Assembly (NCBI GenBank): GCA_033762915.1
Contig: JANRLD010000099.1
Span: 1-28,634, forward strand
Source: Meiothermus sp.
GTDB taxonomy: Bacteria; Deinococcota; Deinococci; Deinococcales; Thermaceae
DNA length: 28,634 bases
Direction of reading: 5' to 3'
Numbering within the stretch: position 1 is the first letter of the stretch; the number at the start of each line of letters is the position of its first letter. Positions 26,694 to 28,634 of the stretch are shown here, piece after piece. The translations under genes were made by a program, and so were the position numbers. The notes below the pieces were generated by a model. The model had not been told where the DNA came from. It saw nothing but the letters and a program-made list of their open reading frames with translations, and searched no databases.

Positions 26694-26788
26694 CTCGAGC
26701 CACACCCTCAACAAAATCGACAGCCTCGAGGACAGCAAAGTTTTGCCAAGGTTTAGCTGCAAGGTTTCGGATTTGTTTGGGGGTAGGC
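26694..26788 (+). pseudogene. Uma2 (DUF820) endonuclease C-terminal fragment, copy C
   Basis: Reads SSHTLNKIDSLEDSKVLPRFSCKVSDLF; direct repeat of copy A. Confidence 0.65.
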
Positions 26789-26826
26789 CATACTCATCTA
26801 CGGGGTATACAGATCAACTATTGAGG

Positions 26827-28335
26827 TTAACTCATCTTTTTCGGAATGTAGGGAATGCCGTTACCAATTTCTATTGGGTTTAGATTATCAAACAAATCCT
26901 TCCGTTCTTGTGCTTTCTTGATAATTTGATCTTTGATTTCTTTAGGTGTCAGGTTAGGTTTCTTGGATCTCCAATATGCCACCATACCCGCAATTAGAGC
27001 TGCGGAAAACGATGTTCCAATTAAGGGGATTTTTTGGGCCTGCACTTTAACAGTGGGTACAACCACATCCAAATTTTGACTTTTCCGACTTGTAGAGGAA
27101 CGCAAGAATTTATCATTGGTTTTTTCTCTGCTCACCGCTCCTACAACTATTGCATCTTTCAATCCATCTTCGCGTGAATAACTAGCAGGATAATGCGCTT
27201 TAGAAGACGGACGACCCTTTGAAACGTCCTTTTCTTCATTACCCACTGAAAATATAAACATTACTTGCTTCCCGACAGCTTCAAGAATAATCTTTCTAAT
27301 GCTTTCAACGGGTGTATCTCCGCCCAAACTCAATAAAACCACAAGTTTCTTGGGATCGATTTTCTCTTGCGCTAACAGATAACTGAGCCCTTGAATAACA
27401 TCACTAGCACGACACTCCCCGACATTGTTGGCAACTTTAATTGGAAGTATTTTAGATTGACGTGAAAGGCTACTCTCTTTCCCGGCTGCTAGTATCGCTA
27501 AATTGTAACCATGTCCAAAGTCCTCTTGCCCAGATGGCCCAGTAAAGGAAAAACGATCTTGAATTCCTGTTCTGGTAAAGTCAAAACCGTCAAGAATACG
27601 ATTTTCCAACTGTTCTTGAGAATCCTTCTGATCAATACCTGTATCTAGAATAGCAATAGTAATACCGCGTCCGCCGTTATTTAGGTTAACACCTTTCTCG
27701 AATAAAAGATCGGACACAGGTGGTACAACGCCTCGATTCCACACACTTTCAGGATCGATTTTCCACAAGCTTTCAGGATCGGCTTCTATAACAAAATCCG
27801 TCTTCTTTCTTAGTTCAACAAGGGTTTTTCCGAGTGGTCGCCCCCCAATATCGACCAAGGCCAATTTATTATTTCTGATGGGGCCTTTCTTCCCACCAAG
27901 GGGAATTAAACCCCCACTTAACAGTGCTAGACCAAGCCCTGTCTTGTCCAATTCTTTTTGCAAACTTTCCTCAGTATATTTGGGGTCTACGATAAGCAAT
28001 ACGCGTGTTTTGTCTACATCCCCCAGAACAGTTAGCTCTCCCTCTCCAACCAAAACACCACTTCTATAAAGTTGTAGGTTCTTGGGGCCTCCAGAAATAT
28101 CGTTTGGTATAAGGAAAGTGATTCCTTGCGGGTTCGAAGGTTTAGCAGACTTAGTCACTGGAATATCAGAGAAGGCTTGATCCACTCCATCAATTATCCG
28201 TATAAACACATCTTCAGGATTAATTGATTTATCAGCTCCTTGAGGCTCCTGCTCTAAAGATACAATTTCACCACGTGCCGCCCAAGCCGGGTTGATAATC
28301 AACTTATGTGGTAGAGACTTGTGAGGTTTATTCAT
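26827..28335 (-). CDS. S8 (subtilisin-like) serine protease with an N-terminal beta-rich domain; no signal peptide; AT-rich
   Basis: Catalytic motifs ILDTGID, FGHGYNLA and IGTSFSAA; oxyanion SVGNE; SD AGGAG. Confidence 0.88.
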   Translation of the reverse strand: MNKPHKSLPHKLIINPAWAARGEIVSLEQEPQGADKSINPEDVFIRIIDGVDQAFSDIPVTKSAKPSNPQGITFLIPNDISGGPKNLQLYRSGVLVGEGELTVLGDVDKTRVLLIVDPKYTEESLQKELDKTGLGLALLSGGLIPLGGKKGPIRNNKLALVDIGGRPLGKTLVELRKKTDFVIEADPESLWKIDPESVWNRGVVPPVSDLLFEKGVNLNNGGRGITIAILDTGIDQKDSQEQLENRILDGFDFTRTGIQDRFSFTGPSGQEDFGHGYNLAILAAGKESSLSRQSKILPIKVANNVGECRASDVIQGLSYLLAQEKIDPKKLVVLLSLGGDTPVESIRKIILEAVGKQVMFIFSVGNEEKDVSKGRPSSKAHYPASYSREDGLKDAIVVGAVSREKTNDKFLRSSTSRKSQNLDVVVPTVKVQAQKIPLIGTSFSAALIAGMVAYWRSKKPNLTPKEIKDQIIKKAQERKDLFDNLNPIEIGNGIPYIPKKMS

Positions 28336-28348
28336 CAGATTTCTCCTA

Positions 28349-28519
28349 TCAATTGTTTTTAGTTGGGTTACTCATAATGGTCATTCGTTCCCGGAAGCGC
28401 TGAGCAAGAACCGCATTTCCTGTTCTATCTAGAATCATTAAAGCCTCTTGTAGAGCTTCAAAGTTGTTTGTGAGTTCTGAAAGATTCGCAAGAACCGTAG
28501 CCAATAAAAAAGACTCTTC
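28349..28519 (-). pseudogene. Truncated 3' end of a helical (TPR-like) protein gene upstream of the protease
   Basis: EESFLLATVLANLSELTNNFEALQEALMILDRTGNAVLAQRFRERMTIMSNPTKNN* ends 13 nt before the protease ATG; an in-frame TAG at 28522-28520 cuts it off. Confidence 0.5.
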
Positions 28520-28634
28520 CTACTGGAGTTCAACGCGCCCTGTGCTACTGACTCCGGAAGAATTGAAATACTACACAAAGGCTGACAGCGTTGAAAAAAA
28601 ACATTCTTCCAAAGAATTCCAGGATTCCGTAGAC

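Noticed and set aside
25637..26788. CRISPR array or DGR template/variable repeat pair
   Set aside because: Only 2-3 irregularly spaced degenerate repeats; no cas or reverse transcriptase gene; differences are not adenine-specific; the long repeat translates as a Uma2 tail
25470..26883. ORF-track proteins 25470-25757, 25693-26034 and 26593-26883 as real genes
   Set aside because: Chimeric read-throughs of fragments, or antisense to the TA genes
1..28634. tRNA or rRNA genes
   Set aside because: No cloverleaf with T-loop GTTCRA consensus and no rRNA-like sequence seen

Overview
GC-rich chromosomal segment, most likely from a Thermaceae bacterium (Meiothermus/Calidithermus-like, inferred from gene content, leaderless promoters and very frequent CTCGAG). 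Left to right: a complete IS3-family element (1-1302); a perfect GTAG-type palindrome and a deleted ABC-exporter relic; an Lrp/AsnC-led peptide uptake and hydrolysis operon (binding protein, two permeases, M14 peptidase, DUF1028, no ATPases); a large SARP/BTAD-ATPase-TPR regulator divergent from an Ig-like lipoprotein and a secreted protein; VIT1, USP, a possible outer-membrane protein, a DOMON-like protein, yvcK, rapZ and ppc; a small SARP regulator, a hypothetical and a flavodoxin-like gene bracketed by two inverted, diverged copies of a ~125-nt element with compensatory base changes; DUF4342; a patchwork of gene 3' tails and an AbrB/VapC toxin-antitoxin pair whose junctions fall on CTCGAG; and an AT-rich S8 protease with a truncated upstream partner. 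The most novel-looking signals are the covarying structured element pair, the CTCGAG enrichment with CTCGAG-bounded mosaic junctions, and three promoters that share the SARP-type repeat geometry. All family calls come from motif recognition by eye; no searches were run and counts are by hand.
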